Of a stretch of DNA of 64,000 bases, positions 1-11,395 are shown one piece after another. The position numbers were made by a program, and so were the translations under genes. This DNA is from Lingula anatina (taxonomy: Eukaryota; Animalia; Brachiopoda): the NCBI GenBank assembly GCA_051362555.1, contig CM120644.1, positions 19,180,534 through 19,244,533 on the forward strand, in the 5' to 3' direction. Numbering within the stretch: position 1 is the first letter of the stretch; each line of letters begins with the position of its first letter. The notes under the pieces are model-generated. The model had not been told where the DNA came from. It searched no databases and saw nothing but the letters and a program-made list of their open reading frames with translations.

Positions 1-1370
1 AAAAAATTATTACATCCAACGTAAGATACTTTTTTGATTAATATAAACACAAAAAACTCAAAAACATGATTTTAAGAGTAGTTTACCCTATTAGTTGCCT
101 TAAGTGGCATCTTGAGTAGGCAGTGACTGGCAATCCTGCTGCCTTCTGCATTTTTATGCAGTACCTCACGTTCCATGGCTTCACTAGTAGTAATAAAGGA
201 GCTAAAAAAACTCAACCACAGCCATTCTTAAAACAACTTAAACAAGTATCAATTAATGAAGTACCCACGTGCCATTTTTCCATTTTTTCCAACATGAGTG
301 CAGTCAAGATTATCTATTCCTACCATCTCTTATCATCCATCTCAACTGAAAATATCAACACTTCCTCATGGATTTATGGATTTTTACCTGCCGCTGTAGT
401 AACGTTTATTTTGTTGGTGTCTTCTTATCTTCATTTTTAAAAACTTTCTTGTGTTTGGACTGTTGCTCAGGCCAATCTCCTCTGTGATCTGGATAAAGAA
501 TAAAAAGAAATTATCACTGTATCACTCAAAATTTGTACATTTAGGTTATATAAATTTGTATAATCTGTTTAAATCATACTTTTTTTCAAGTTCATTTTAT
601 TTCACAGTATAATTTTTATAAAGCAAGGTGGCTGGGATGTTGAAAAATAATAATTAAGATAAATAAATGTATCCCAAAATATGTATAAAACCAGCATATT
701 ACAGTGGTATCATAATATACTCACAGCAGTGATGGCAGATGGCATCTTACTGCATCTGGTTTCTGAATCTGGTAGTCCCTGAGTCTGTATCACATCGGAC
801 TCTCAGTTTCGTCACCGGTCCAAGTCAGAAAGCCCCAGAGCTACCATCTTAGTTGCCTTTTGGTGCAGGAGTTGGTAAGCTTTACAAAGATGACTGTCCC
901 CATTTTTGAATGCTGTCTGTTTTGATGTAATGACCTCTGGTGTTGACTGGTTGGAAGGTTTCTCTGGATGGGACTTAAACAATGGAAATGCAGTGGTTAT
1001 CTCTGTCAGCACAGGGTCTGGCTTATTACAAGCATGGACAGAGCAGACTTCAGCAAGAAGGGTGCAGTTAGACTTAATGTTGTTCTTAATAGTCCTGAAA
1101 AGCTGCTTGCTGTTTCCAGTTTTGCTCGCTGGCCTTGTTCCCAAGTGTCACTGGTATATACATATGATAATAAACATAATTAAACTTAATTTTTGTAGTG
1201 TGTCCTAATGTTCCTATTTACTTTGTTCAAGGCAATGCATTTTTGCAAAAAATAATTGTTTATTGCTTCTGTTATAAAACGATTGTAAAAATTTGAATGT
1301 AGAGAAAGGTAATCATTTCATTTATGCTGTTAAAATGAGTCAACACGGCTAACAGAGATTACAACTTTTT

Positions 1371-2418
1371 TTAATTCCTAAGATTCCTGTTGGTCATGTT
1401 CATGGCGGTCACCATTTTGCTCCAAATGCTGTCTTCCCTATGTTTGGGGTAAAATTTATGGATGGCGTTTCTTATAAAACCTACTCCCTCAACGTCCATT
1501 AGCACACGTTTGTCTTGGCCTTTGTTTGATCCTCCAATATTCTTTGTCGGGTCTATTCTTTCAGTAGTAGTAAAATGGCTAGCCATTACCTTCATGCAGA
1601 AGCTTGCTGATCCTTAACAGGCCCCTAGCCAGCAATTTCAGAGGGGTGGGTTCGTTTTCTGAAAAAGTGGACCTTTTACCATAAAATCTTCAAGTACATA
1701 GATCAATTTTTACCCAGAGAGGACCTTTTCCCTGCAAAAAGGGTGGGTTTTTTTAACCCCAAACTCCCCCTGGCTTTGGGCCTGCTTTAGATTATATTTT
1801 AATTTTTGTCAACTCTAAATCAGAGAGTAAAGGGATGGGATTTTGGGCGGCAGAGGTGGGGGCACTGTTTCCAGTGATGAGGGGATTTTGGGAAGGTGTG
1901 GTTGGCAAAGGACTGGGGAAGGGCGCAGGGTCAGAGAGGAAAGAGTTATGCAGTTGGGACGCCTGGGAGGATCTGATCATAAGATGTGGTAGAGGGGTGG
2001 ACTGGATAGGATTTGGATGTGGAGGAAAGTTGAACAAGGTGTGGGTAGGAACAGGGCTTGGACGGCGCATGGAACATGTTGAGGTGCGATGGCGCATGAA
2101 GAGTTGGAGAGGGCAGGAGTATGAAAGGAGTTTGAGTGGGACAAGCGTTGGAAGAAGTTGAAGTGGGACAGGCGGTGGAAGAAGTTGGAATGTGTAGGGG
2201 GGGTGGAAGAAGTTGGATTGGGGCGGGGGCTAGAAGGAGTTGGGGTGGGATGGAAGTGGAAGAAGTTGGAATGGGCAGGAGGTGGACCATTTTGGGTGTT
2301 GAGGGGGGGACGAAGGGGTGAAAAGGGCGCTGGGGCAGGCTTTGGGATGAACTATTTTGTCCTTCATGAGTTCTTGTATGTCGTCCATTTTCTTGTTTAA
2401 TTCCTCCAGTTTGTCCAT
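1371..2418 (-). pseudogene. Decayed coiled-coil / Pro-rich / BEN-domain coding region, probably the C-terminal part of the THAP gene at 2449-2787
   Basis: ORF pieces MDKLEELNKKMDDIQELMK (coil), a frameshifted Pro/Ser/Thr-rich tract, and LSDLELTKIKI*SKGSASFCMKVMASHFTTTERIDPTKNIGG...KRVLMD...W...MN, which resembles a BEN domain. The frame is restored across 1618-1784 when the MITE plus one 5-bp duplicate is removed. Confidence 0.65.
1618..1784. mobile_element. MITE with 15-bp imperfect TIRs and 5-bp TSD
   Basis: CAGGCCCCTAGCCAG ... CTGGCTTTGGGCCTG (13/15); flanks CTTAA / CTTTA. A decayed internal copy lies at ~45531-45645. Confidence 0.8.
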
Positions 2419-2448
2419 AATTTTAATGAGTGCCCCTCTACAATCGCA

Positions 2449-2787
2449 CTATAACACAGGCACAGGTTGCTCTTGACCACTGTTGTTGAAGCTATGAAGC
2501 GTTGGGTGTGGATTTTCCTTTGTCGGGCCTTTTCCTCCAATGAAATGCCTTAAACAGATCCTAGTGTATTTGTTTGGCACTAAATCAGACCTTCTAATTA
2601 AATCCATCCAAAGTTTTCGTTTTCTTGATTCCCAAACCTTGTGTGGAAAAGAGTGGAAACTCACGTCCACCATCCATGGGTATTTTCTCAGGTTTCCCTT
2701 CTTCGATACAGCTGAACTGCAACCAACAGCACAGCAAAAATAGTTTGCCACTAAGTTGCTCCTTCTCATATAACATGCCAACGCCAA
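2449..2787 (-). CDS. THAP zinc-finger domain ORF (possibly a pseudogene exon)
   Basis: CCAVGC...SFHSFP...W...RICLRHF...PTL matches the C2CH THAP signature with conserved P, W, F and P. Confidence 0.85.
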   Translation of the reverse strand: MALACYMRRSNLVANYFCCAVGCSSAVSKKGNLRKYPWMVDVSFHSFPHKVWESRKRKLWMDLIRRSDLVPNKYTRICLRHFIGGKGPTKENPHPTLHSFNNSGQEQPVPVL

Positions 2788-2850
2788 GTTTTAGGACATG
2801 TAGCCCTGCAACATAGGCTTGTGTCCGACCGCGAGTGGAGTCGAAATGGA

Positions 2851-4862
2851 TTATTAGTACCACCAGCGTGTACGCTGGCGGTACTCATGGTTTTAGTCCC
2901 GACCCGTCTCGTCCGGCTCCGTTGGCTCCGCCGGCTCCGCGTACTGGCGCCGGATACAAGTCACCGTTACCGATTCTCCTCCTAGACCGCAAGGACCGCT
3001 GTCCCCATCTCTTGGATTTAGGTCACATGTAACCTCAACTTGAACCCCCAGGTTTTTTTGTCTCAGTCGGTGCATTAACCTGGGCATGACGCTCGTTGAA
3101 ATGCACCCTTGTCAAAATTTTTGAAAATTCAATGCCAATTATCTACCCTACGGAAGGAATTATGGGAAAAATTTCTACAGACGGCTTTCCAAAAGTCATA
3201 TGTGTAGATTTCAAATATGCCCTTGGATTTGACCTTTGACCTTTATTTCAAGGTCAAACGGGCCAAAATTTTCAAAAAAATGAAATTTTTTACAAAAAAA
3301 ATATTATTTGCGCTGTTATTCAGACACTACACAGACTTAACCAATTATATTATTGGAAAGTGTTACCCTTTGGGTCTTCTTTCATCTATGTGAATTTGGG
3401 GTCAATCGGTGCATTTTCACAGGAGAAGCGGCCATAAGATACCGAAACTGAAAACTGTCTCTAATTCGGGAACCGTTAATGCTAGCGACCCGTTCTTTTT
3501 TGCATTTTGTAGAGCATGTAAAGCCCAACATTGCATATGGTCTCCGTTTATTTGTATTTCATACGGTTTTCGTGTTATGCTGTATTAAAAAGTACATTGT
3601 GGTGGCACATTATTGTAACTCAGAATTGTAACATTATATCTCCAAAACTGGCAGAGATAGGTCAATAGTTACTGTTAAAGTTGAATAGGATGTCACATAC
3701 TGGCAATTTAACAGTGACCATAAAATTGACCTTTGACCTACTTTTCATCATGAATTGAACTTTGCAAATTTTCGTTCCCTTTTATCTCCAAAACTGGCAG
3801 AGATAGGTTCATAGTTACTATTGAACTTGAATAGGAAGTCATATACTGGCAATTTACTGTGACCTTAAATTTGACATTTGACCTACTTTTTACCATGAAC
3901 TGAACTTTGCAAATTTTTGTTCCCTTTTATCTCCAAAACTGGCAGAGATAGGTCCATAGTTACTATTGAACTTGAATAGGAAGTCATATACTGGCAATCT
4001 AAGTGTGACCTTGAAATTGACCTTTGACCTACTTTTCATCATGAATTGAACTTTGCAAATTTTCTTTCCGTTTTATCATCAAAACTGGCAGAGATAGGTC
4101 CATAGTTACTATTGAACTTAAGTAGTAAGTCATATACTGGTAATTTACTGTGACCTTAAAATTGACCTTTGACCATCTTTTTACTATGAACTGATCTTTG
4201 CAAATTTTCTTTCTCCTTTATCTCCAAAACTGACAGAAATAGGTCCATAGTTACTATTGAACTTGAATAGGAAGTAATACACTAGCGATCTGTGACCTTG
4301 AAATTGACCTTTGACCTACTTTTTATGATGAACTGCTTTTTGCATGTTTTCAGGCCTTTAAATCTGCAAAATTGGCAAAGAAATACCCATGGTTGCTATT
4401 GAACTTGAATAGAAATTCATATACTATGATATTGAAATTGACCTTTGACCTACTTTTTCACCATGAACTGAGCTTTGCATATTTTCTTGCCTCTCATATC
4501 TTTAAAACCAGCAGAGATGTGCCCCTTGTTGCCCCTAGGTTTTCTCTTTTGTCAGCATATATGCACCATTGACAACACTTTTCAAGGAAAACCAATAGGC
4601 CTTTTGTCTAGAGAATACAGGAGTGATCAAGGGTAGGAAAATGCAAGTTAATTTCGAAAATCTGCTTGATTATACCATTTTTAGTTATATTTTTTTTTGC
4701 ATATTTTGAGAACTCTTATTGATTGCATCTTATAGAGCTTGTCAAGCACAAGACTGGTGATGGTGTCCCTTTTTGGAGGGGTGGGGGGGTCCATACGAAT
4801 GCGCTTACTCCAGCTGGTGGTACAATATCCGGAGGCGGTATCGCCTCTCTGATCCTCTAGTT
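2851..4862 (+). mobile_element. Non-autonomous Helentron (HINE/DINE-1-like) element, complete
   Basis: 5' subTIR GTACCACCAGC (2857-2867) lies within a palindrome (2857-2884), followed by a GTCC/GCTCC microsatellite-like tract and a central tandem array. 3' subTIR GCTGGTGGTAC (4813-4823), hairpin GAGGCG-GTAT-CGCCTC (4832-4847), terminal CTAG then T-run; inserted at TT. Confidence 0.85.
3638..4520. repeat. Tandem array of about six ~146-bp monomers inside the HINE
   Basis: AAAACTGGCAGAGATAGG recurs at 3644, 3790, 3935, 4081 and 4226, with degenerate copies at ~4368 and ~4504. Monomers contain GACCTTGA/GACCTTTGACC motifs. Confidence 0.95.
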
Positions 4863-5604
4863 TTAACCCCACTTCTCGCAAATCTTAGTCTGCAATCTTA
4901 GTCTCTTATGACTTCATCTGCTGCGCAAAGGTTTGAAACTGGCTATCCCGATAACCCCTATTAGTTACCAAGAATCCCCGAAAAGTTGGACTGAAATAAA
5001 TAACAGTAACTGTAGCAAAAGTGAAGCTTAAAATATAGAAATACAAGATAAATAACCTAAAAATGATACTGAAAATTACACAAAGTATACACAAAAGTGT
5101 AAGAAAAAGGATATACAGAAATGTTGTAAAACCCACTAATGAAAATGAAAATAGCTTAATTATCATAATGAAAACAAAGAATAACCAAACCACAAGAAGC
5201 AGTAAATTCAATTAAACTGTAAAACATTCAGGATATAAGAAAACAACAAATAGAAGTTAAACGGCCTGTTTTGGCATCGTGTACTGTTTTGCTTAAGATG
5301 TCTAACTCGATTATGAAAGACTGGACCTCCAACGGGACACTTCCGTCACATTGATTTATGCCTGATGATGCATCATCTAACCTACTTTGTCTAATTGCTC
5401 TATGTCGTTTACCTTGTAAATCACAAGCCAAAATGCCCCAAGTATAAGCTAACCTTTGTGTTCTTGGCTGGATAGCTGTTTCTTGCCCATTGCTGGTGTG
5501 TCCCCGGCCATCTTCACTGTGTGCTGGTTCAATTCTCTCCGACAATAAAAATCTCAAAATGGAATCGTGTGCGAACTTTCACCAATTTCGTACTGGGTTC
5601 TTAA

Positions 5605-8600
5605 CCCCATAGAGACCGCTTAGCTGTGACCTAGAAAAGTCCCCTGTGCCCAGTTAATCTGTACAGGTACCTGTGAAAAGTGGGGTTCCCTCAGTATTTT
5701 GGCTGTAACTTATTTGTTAGCAAATATTTCCCACACAAACCATACATCTTTAGAAAGCTAATATTATATGCTAAATGATGGTGGTTTTATTAAAATGTAA
5801 TACTTTTAATTGTTAGAATTATTGACCTTAGAAAATTGGATATATATTTGGGCCCGACAGAAGAAAATCAAAAAATGCATTTCACTATGCACGAAACTTT
5901 TTCTTTTTTCCATATTTTTACAAGAAAATTCACTCTAATAATCATATATTAGTTATCTTTGAACACAGAAAATTTCAGTGCAATATCTATTTGGGGTTTT
6001 GAGTAATTACAACTTTATCACGTGCCTGTGCCTGGAGTGAATTTCCCATTTCACCTGGATGCTGTCTGCTAGACAACAACATAACTTTCAACTTTCACAT
6101 TATATTTTTTGCTTTAATTGCAAGCTGTATTATTCAATTCCATCAATTAAATTTAATAAATGGTGTTAAAATATTTAATTTAAAAATTCAAATTAAATTA
6201 GAAAACAATTATTTCTATTATGATCTCTTTATTTATTTTTATTTCTATACTGACTTCAACAAGCAAATGACAAATGTCATATGCCTCAGTAGAAATTACA
6301 ATACAATAGTACAAAATACAAAAGAAACTTTTAAAAATAAAGTGTTACAAAAGAGATATCATGCTATACAGATACTGCACTCTCAAATACCAGATTCCTT
6401 GAAATAACCAAATATTGCACACAAAATACTGAATAATATAAGCACCATGGAAGATTCTACAACTACAAAAATAAACTTATATTTCTGACATAAAAAAATA
6501 AAACAAATTTACACTAAATTGATCATATCAAAACCATCCACACAGTAGACTTGAGTATAAAAATCCCTGAAAACAGTTCATAATTGGAACTGGGGAGCTG
6601 AAATATCAAAAGACTGCACACAAAATACTGAATAATATAAGCACCATGGAAGATTCTACAACTACAAAATTGAACTTATATTTCTGACATAAAAGAGAAA
6701 CATATTTACACTAAGAATCAAAATAATCCACTCAGTAGATTATGAATAAAAAATGATTTCAGGTCAAAGTATGACACTTATCACAGCAAGTATAAAAAAG
6801 CACCCCGATTCAAATGTAAATCCTCAACAGAATGTAATGAGCATATACATATCAAATGTGCTTGAAATATAAGTAAACAAAATCCTATCAACACACACAA
6901 CAGACAATGAATCCAGATTTTGCACAGGTATGATATCTGGTAGACACCAAGACAAAAAAAAAAAAAAAAAAAAACTATAAAAGGAATATCAAAAGAATCA
7001 GAGCATACCTTGCATGTAACACAAAATGCAACACAACACAAATGCTGCCTTCTCTTATAAATAAAATATTTCACAAAGATTTCCTAGCTTTCTTTCTAGG
7101 TGCCTGAGATCTCTCAGGGTCATTATAAGTATAGTCAACCATGTAATGATATCTGTAAAAGCAAGGAGCAGGACACATCCTGACCTTGCAGACAGTACAT
7201 ATGTAGATTGTGTCCACCCTCTGTAAATGAACAGCACAAGCAGATCTTTTTCTATCTTCTGACATAGCTGGTGCATGGTTGAGATCGCGATTAGAACGCA
7301 CACAAGTGGGAAGTGTGGCTAGAGGTCTGCCTGATGTTACTTCCTTTACATTTTGTCCAATGAGTTCTTCAGCTAGATGACAAGTGAAGTCTTTCAGTTT
7401 CATTGATTTTCCACTCGTCTTCTTGTTAAGGATGTAAGAGTTTACTCTAGCAGTATCAAGCAAAAACCAAAAAAGTTTCAAATACCACACCACACCTTTC
7501 ATCATACGCTTGTGGGCATTGATGCGTTGATCAGACAAGTCAACACCACCCATGTAAGTGTTGTACAGAGTTACAGTTTTGGGTCGAGTTACATTTATCT
7601 TTTCCCATTTCCCAGAAACTTTAGCTGATCTTTGCACTATGTCTGAAGTCTCCTCAACAGGTAGAGAGGTAAGTAAGGTTACTGTCTTTTTGTCTTTCCA
7701 AGTGACAGCTGTGAGGGATCCTTTGTACATGTGAATTGAGTCGCCTCTCTTCAGTTCTTTTACCACAGGAAACTTTGCATTTACCGTGTTTGGGAGTCCT
7801 TTCCTATTTGCTCTTACTGTGCCGCAAGCGGGGGTTGATCGTCGAAACAACTCCTGGAATGCGGGGACACTTGTGTAATAATTGTCCATATATAGATGGT
7901 GTCCCTTATCTAAAAAGGGAGAGGTGACTGACAAGACAACATCATGGGTTGCACCATTGTCACTGCCTTCTTTCTCTTTTCCTGTGTACACTTTCAGATT
8001 GCACACATATCCAGTGACTGACTCGGATATCATAAACAATTTCAGTCCCCACCTGATGGGTTTATCCTTCATAAATTGTTTGAAAGAACACCTTGACTTA
8101 CATGCTACCATTGACTCGTCCAGAGAGAGCTCCCTCTTCGGGGCATAAACAGTTCTTATTTTTTGTACTATTCTGTCCAGAACAGGGCGCACTTTATATA
8201 GTTTATCATAAGCGGGGTTATTCCTATCAGTTACTGCCGAAGAATTGTCAACAAAATGAATGTAACGGAGAATAGATAAAAATCTGTTTCTGCTCATAAC
8301 TTTGCGAAAACCTGAGGTAGAAGTTAGCCAGTTGGAAGTCCAATAATCCCTGAGGTTAGCCTTTATCACAAGTCCCATCGTAAAAATAATTCCAAACCAT
8401 GACTTCAGTTCATTGGGGGTCACTTCTGTCCACTGGCATTTGTGCTGTCCTGGTGAAGCCTCTCTTTCTTGTTGGGCATACAGGTTGGTCTGCTGACATA
8501 TCATGACTAAGAGGGCGTGGGTAAAAAAGAGGCCGAATAACTGACCTGGCGTAGACACTGGCAAATTTTCTTTTCCTCCTAACTACTCTATGGCATCCTC

Positions 8601-9150
8601 AGATAGCCCTGGTTTCCCTCTAAAGCGGATATTACTGCTGTCCCTTGAATTTATATCGTTGTTCCACTCGATATTTTCATGATCAGTTTCGTCTTCAGTG
8701 ATCTGCTCTCCTAAATCTTGAGTCAAGTCCAATTCCTCATCGGAATCTGCTCGCCGCTGGTTTATTCTGGCTAACGGGACATCATCATCACTTTCTAAAT
8801 CACTTTCACTGGAAAAGTCATCCTTAAAGTCCGAATTTTGAATCATTTCTAGAACACTGTCAACGCGGAGGCCTCTGCGATGATGTAGCGCCGCCATTTT
8901 CTCTCGAGTTTGTCAACAAGCCTCTACAAAATCAGAATTTTCTCACTTTTTCTATCTTTAAACTTTCCACAAAATGGCGTAATTAAAGAGACAAGAAACG
9001 TACCCGGATGTTCAGCTATGTCTTTTTTCGTGACTCTCTACATTGGAGATCAAAAAGAGAAATATTTCCAAGATACGCACATATGCGGTTCTGGGCGTTT
9101 GGGGTATACGATAATTGAACCGCATATATGCGGTGACGGGCTCTATGGGG
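5605..9150 (-). mobile_element. piggyBac transposon, full length
   Basis: TTAA at 5601-5604 and 9151-9154; TIRs CCCCATAGAG / CTCTATGGGG; subterminal palindromes CGCACATATGCG and CCGCATATATGCGG near 9076-9133; internal transposase. Confidence 0.95.
7071..8897 (-). pseudogene. piggyBac (PGBD4-like) transposase, 609 codons with a single in-frame TAG at 8583-8585
   Basis: ORFs 8583-8897 and 7071-8564 are in the same frame. Acidic N-terminus; DDD motifs LSLDESM, YMDNYYTS and GGVDLSDQ; C-terminal Cys-rich domain CAVH...CTVC...C...CF..YH. Confidence 0.93.
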
Positions 9151-9154
9151 TTAA

Positions 9155-9554
9155 ACCCTAGCATTGTCGCCATGTCTCCCGCAACATCGATGTAGGCCCT
9201 CGATTTCAAGTGAACTGTAACTCGTCTACTGTTAATGTTATAACCCAACGTTATGTTTGTTTTTCCAATAGCTGTTAACTGATCGTGAATTGCAGTTATT
9301 AGATCGCCAACTGTCGGATAATACCCTGCAGTAATGTTTAACGTATTTGTTTTTACCCCGTCGTAATATGTCAAGACACCGTTCTGAATATTATTCCACG
9401 AATATGGGTACTGTAGTTCGACCAATGCGACTTCAAAATCCCCTTCTAGATTAAGTGACGATGACAGTTTTGTTTGGAATGTCTCAGGTCTGTTGTTAGG
9501 GAAATACTTAAAGCTGCTGTTTGACGGTAAGATAACATGAAAAGACGACGCCAT
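9155..9554 (-). pseudogene. Polinton/adintovirus minor capsid (penton) protein, 3'-truncated at the piggyBac end
   Basis: MASSFHVILPSNSSFKYFPNN...FQTKL...L.GDFEVALVELQYPYSW is the typical N-terminal motif of this family. Its reading stops matching at the TTAA junction (LGF|). Confidence 0.8.
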
Positions 9555-9592
9555 CCTTTCAAATGAGGTGTTTTGTCTGGTACCGGTTACAT

Positions 9593-10698
9593 TTATGTTT
9601 TTTGTACATCCTTCGAATCTACCCAAGTATTGAAACGATCATCATAACCTACCCATTTTACAAAAAGCTGCCTAGTTTTCCCCTTTCCACGGGTCTTTAA
9701 AATTTTCTCGATACGATACACGTCGTCAGTTTTAATAACTTTAATCATTTCTGGTTCGTACAAGACACTTTCGATTTGCTCTCCATTGTAATCTTTCACC
9801 TTATACACAGGAGGTGTTCTGTTAATCTTTCTGATATTGTAAATATTTCCTGTGTCCATCCCTGTTCGTATCCTTTCGCAAAAGGGGTGCATGTTTTGCT
9901 TAATCTTACAGTATCTCCTACTTGAAATTTAAACCCCGACTTCCGTATTTTTACTTTTCCATACAAGTTTTTCCACACAATGTTTGCATTTCGTGGATTC
10001 ACATCGATTGGGGCCATCTTTATGCTTCGATGTTTTGCATGGTTGTATCCTGTCATCAAGTCATTTAGGACTGTTACATACGTTAACGTACTGTTTGCTG
10101 TGAAATATCTGTACAAACGGGTCTTTATGCTTCTGTTAAAACGCTCAACCACAGAGCTTTTTCTTTCCGATTTTGTTGTGAAAAAAGCTATGCCTTGACT
10201 CTTGAGGTACGCTTGAAATTTTCTATTTGTAAATTCTGTCCCTGCATCAGTTTGAAGTACCAGAGGCTTTCTGCCTTCGGAAACAATGCCTTTAAACGCA
10301 TCTAATACATTGTCCGCTGATTTTGATTTGATTGGAACTGCCCATGCGTATTTTGAAAAAATATCAATCACAGTTAACAAGAATTTCATTCCTTTATTGT
10401 ATTTTGCTATTTTACTGAGGTCTGCCAGATCACCTTGCCATTGATCATCAATATAATTCACCATGACGCGATTTGTACTGAATTGTTTCCTAACCGGTGC
10501 ATGTAATGTATACACATCTTGGGCGGCTAGGAAATCTTTGATTTGCTGACGACTGATTTTCTTACCATCTTTTCGTGCGGCATTATACAGTTTTAACATG
10601 CCACCAAAGCTTACAGGGTTTGACGGGTTGGTATACAAACTATGCAGATATGCAACTGTTTTGTTCTGCCCTTTCTTGGTTTTTTTCTTACGCGGCAT
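9593..10698 (-). pseudogene. Polinton retroviral-like integrase with C-terminal chromodomain, one frameshift near 9820-9835
   Basis: QWQGDLADL / LQTDAGTEF / VVERFNR (D-33-E), then FQVGDTVRLSK..F.KGY..GWTQEIFTI. It continues in another frame as RTPPVYKVKD...YRIEKILKTRG...LFVKWVGYDDRFNTWV. Confidence 0.92.
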
Positions 10699-10759
10699 TT
10701 TCTCATACAGTTATGGATCAATTCCAACAAGCAAAATGATTTCTTTCTTTATCCTATCT

Positions 10760-11227
10760 CTATTTATAGTTCCCATCAGTTTCATCGTAATGGGTATTTA
10801 GTAGCGACATCACTGTACTGGCGGTATGTACAACGGGCAGTGTGTCATCTACCACAAAAAGCCTAACCATTTGAAATCGCTTTTTAGGTGTAAGTGGTAC
10901 ATTAAATCGTTGATTTATTCTTTTTCCAACTGTACACATCGTGCACTGAGGAGAGAGTCGTTCGTGTTCGACATCTGGGGCATCTCTCAGCGGGTCCCAA
11001 TTCTTTAGATACAAATCGCAGTAAAAACAACGAACCACATCATCGTGTCTAGATGCTCGTGGGTCTCGGTAAAATCCACTAATGGCTAAAGGGATTGGGT
11101 TGATAAGTAGTTTGCCCGGCCAATTAAGAAAACTCAAAATTCGGTCTTCTTCTTTTGCGTATGGCATGACCGGTCCATATAGCACACCCCCCAACTCGGA
11201 ATCGGTTTCCGGATGATCATCATCCAT
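10760..11227 (-). CDS. Single BIR-domain (IAP-like) protein, 155 aa, intact ORF
   Basis: EEDRILSFLNWP...LAISGFY...DVVRCFYC-x17-H-x6-C matches the BIR zinc-binding signature. No RING; intronless. Confidence 0.88.
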   Translation of the reverse strand: MDDDHPETDSELGGVLYGPVMPYAKEEDRILSFLNWPGKLLINPIPLAISGFYRDPRASRHDDVVRCFYCDLYLKNWDPLRDAPDVEHERLSPQCTMCTVGKRINQRFNVPLTPKKRFQMVRLFVVDDTLPVVHTASTVMSLLNTHYDETDGNYK

Positions 11228-11293
11228 TCTGTCTACTCAGTATAAAGAAAAATGATCGCAAACACATTTTTGTAATTTTTCAGGTAAGCTGTG

Positions 11294-11395
11294 TGTTTAT
11301 TTCAACCAATCATGTTGCTTCTTAAAAGGTATTACATTTTTTCTAACCAATCACGTTACAGCTAACAACAAATAACATTTTTTCAACCAATCAAA
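11294..11395. promoter_or_regulatory. Three AACCAATCA (CCAAT-box) motifs at ~40-bp spacing upstream of the BIR ORF
   Basis: AACCAATCA at ~11304, ~11345 and ~11385, each preceded by a T-rich run. Confidence 0.45.

Noticed and set aside
165-1150. Two minus-strand exon-like blocks with faint Ulp1/SENP-like wording
   Set aside because: Multiple stops and no catalytic motif visible, so no product can be assigned.
1835-2400. Gly/Trp-rich plus-strand ORFs
   Set aside because: These are antisense shadows of the Pro-rich minus-strand linker.
5228-5557. 109-aa ORF as the continuation of the Polinton capsid gene
   Set aside because: It is in the same frame after piggyBac removal, but is preceded by a stop and lacks recognisable minor-capsid motifs.
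9012-9154. C-terminal part of ORF 9012-9626
   Set aside because: It is read-through into the piggyBac terminus, not capsid sequence. The true start is probably the ATG at 9554.
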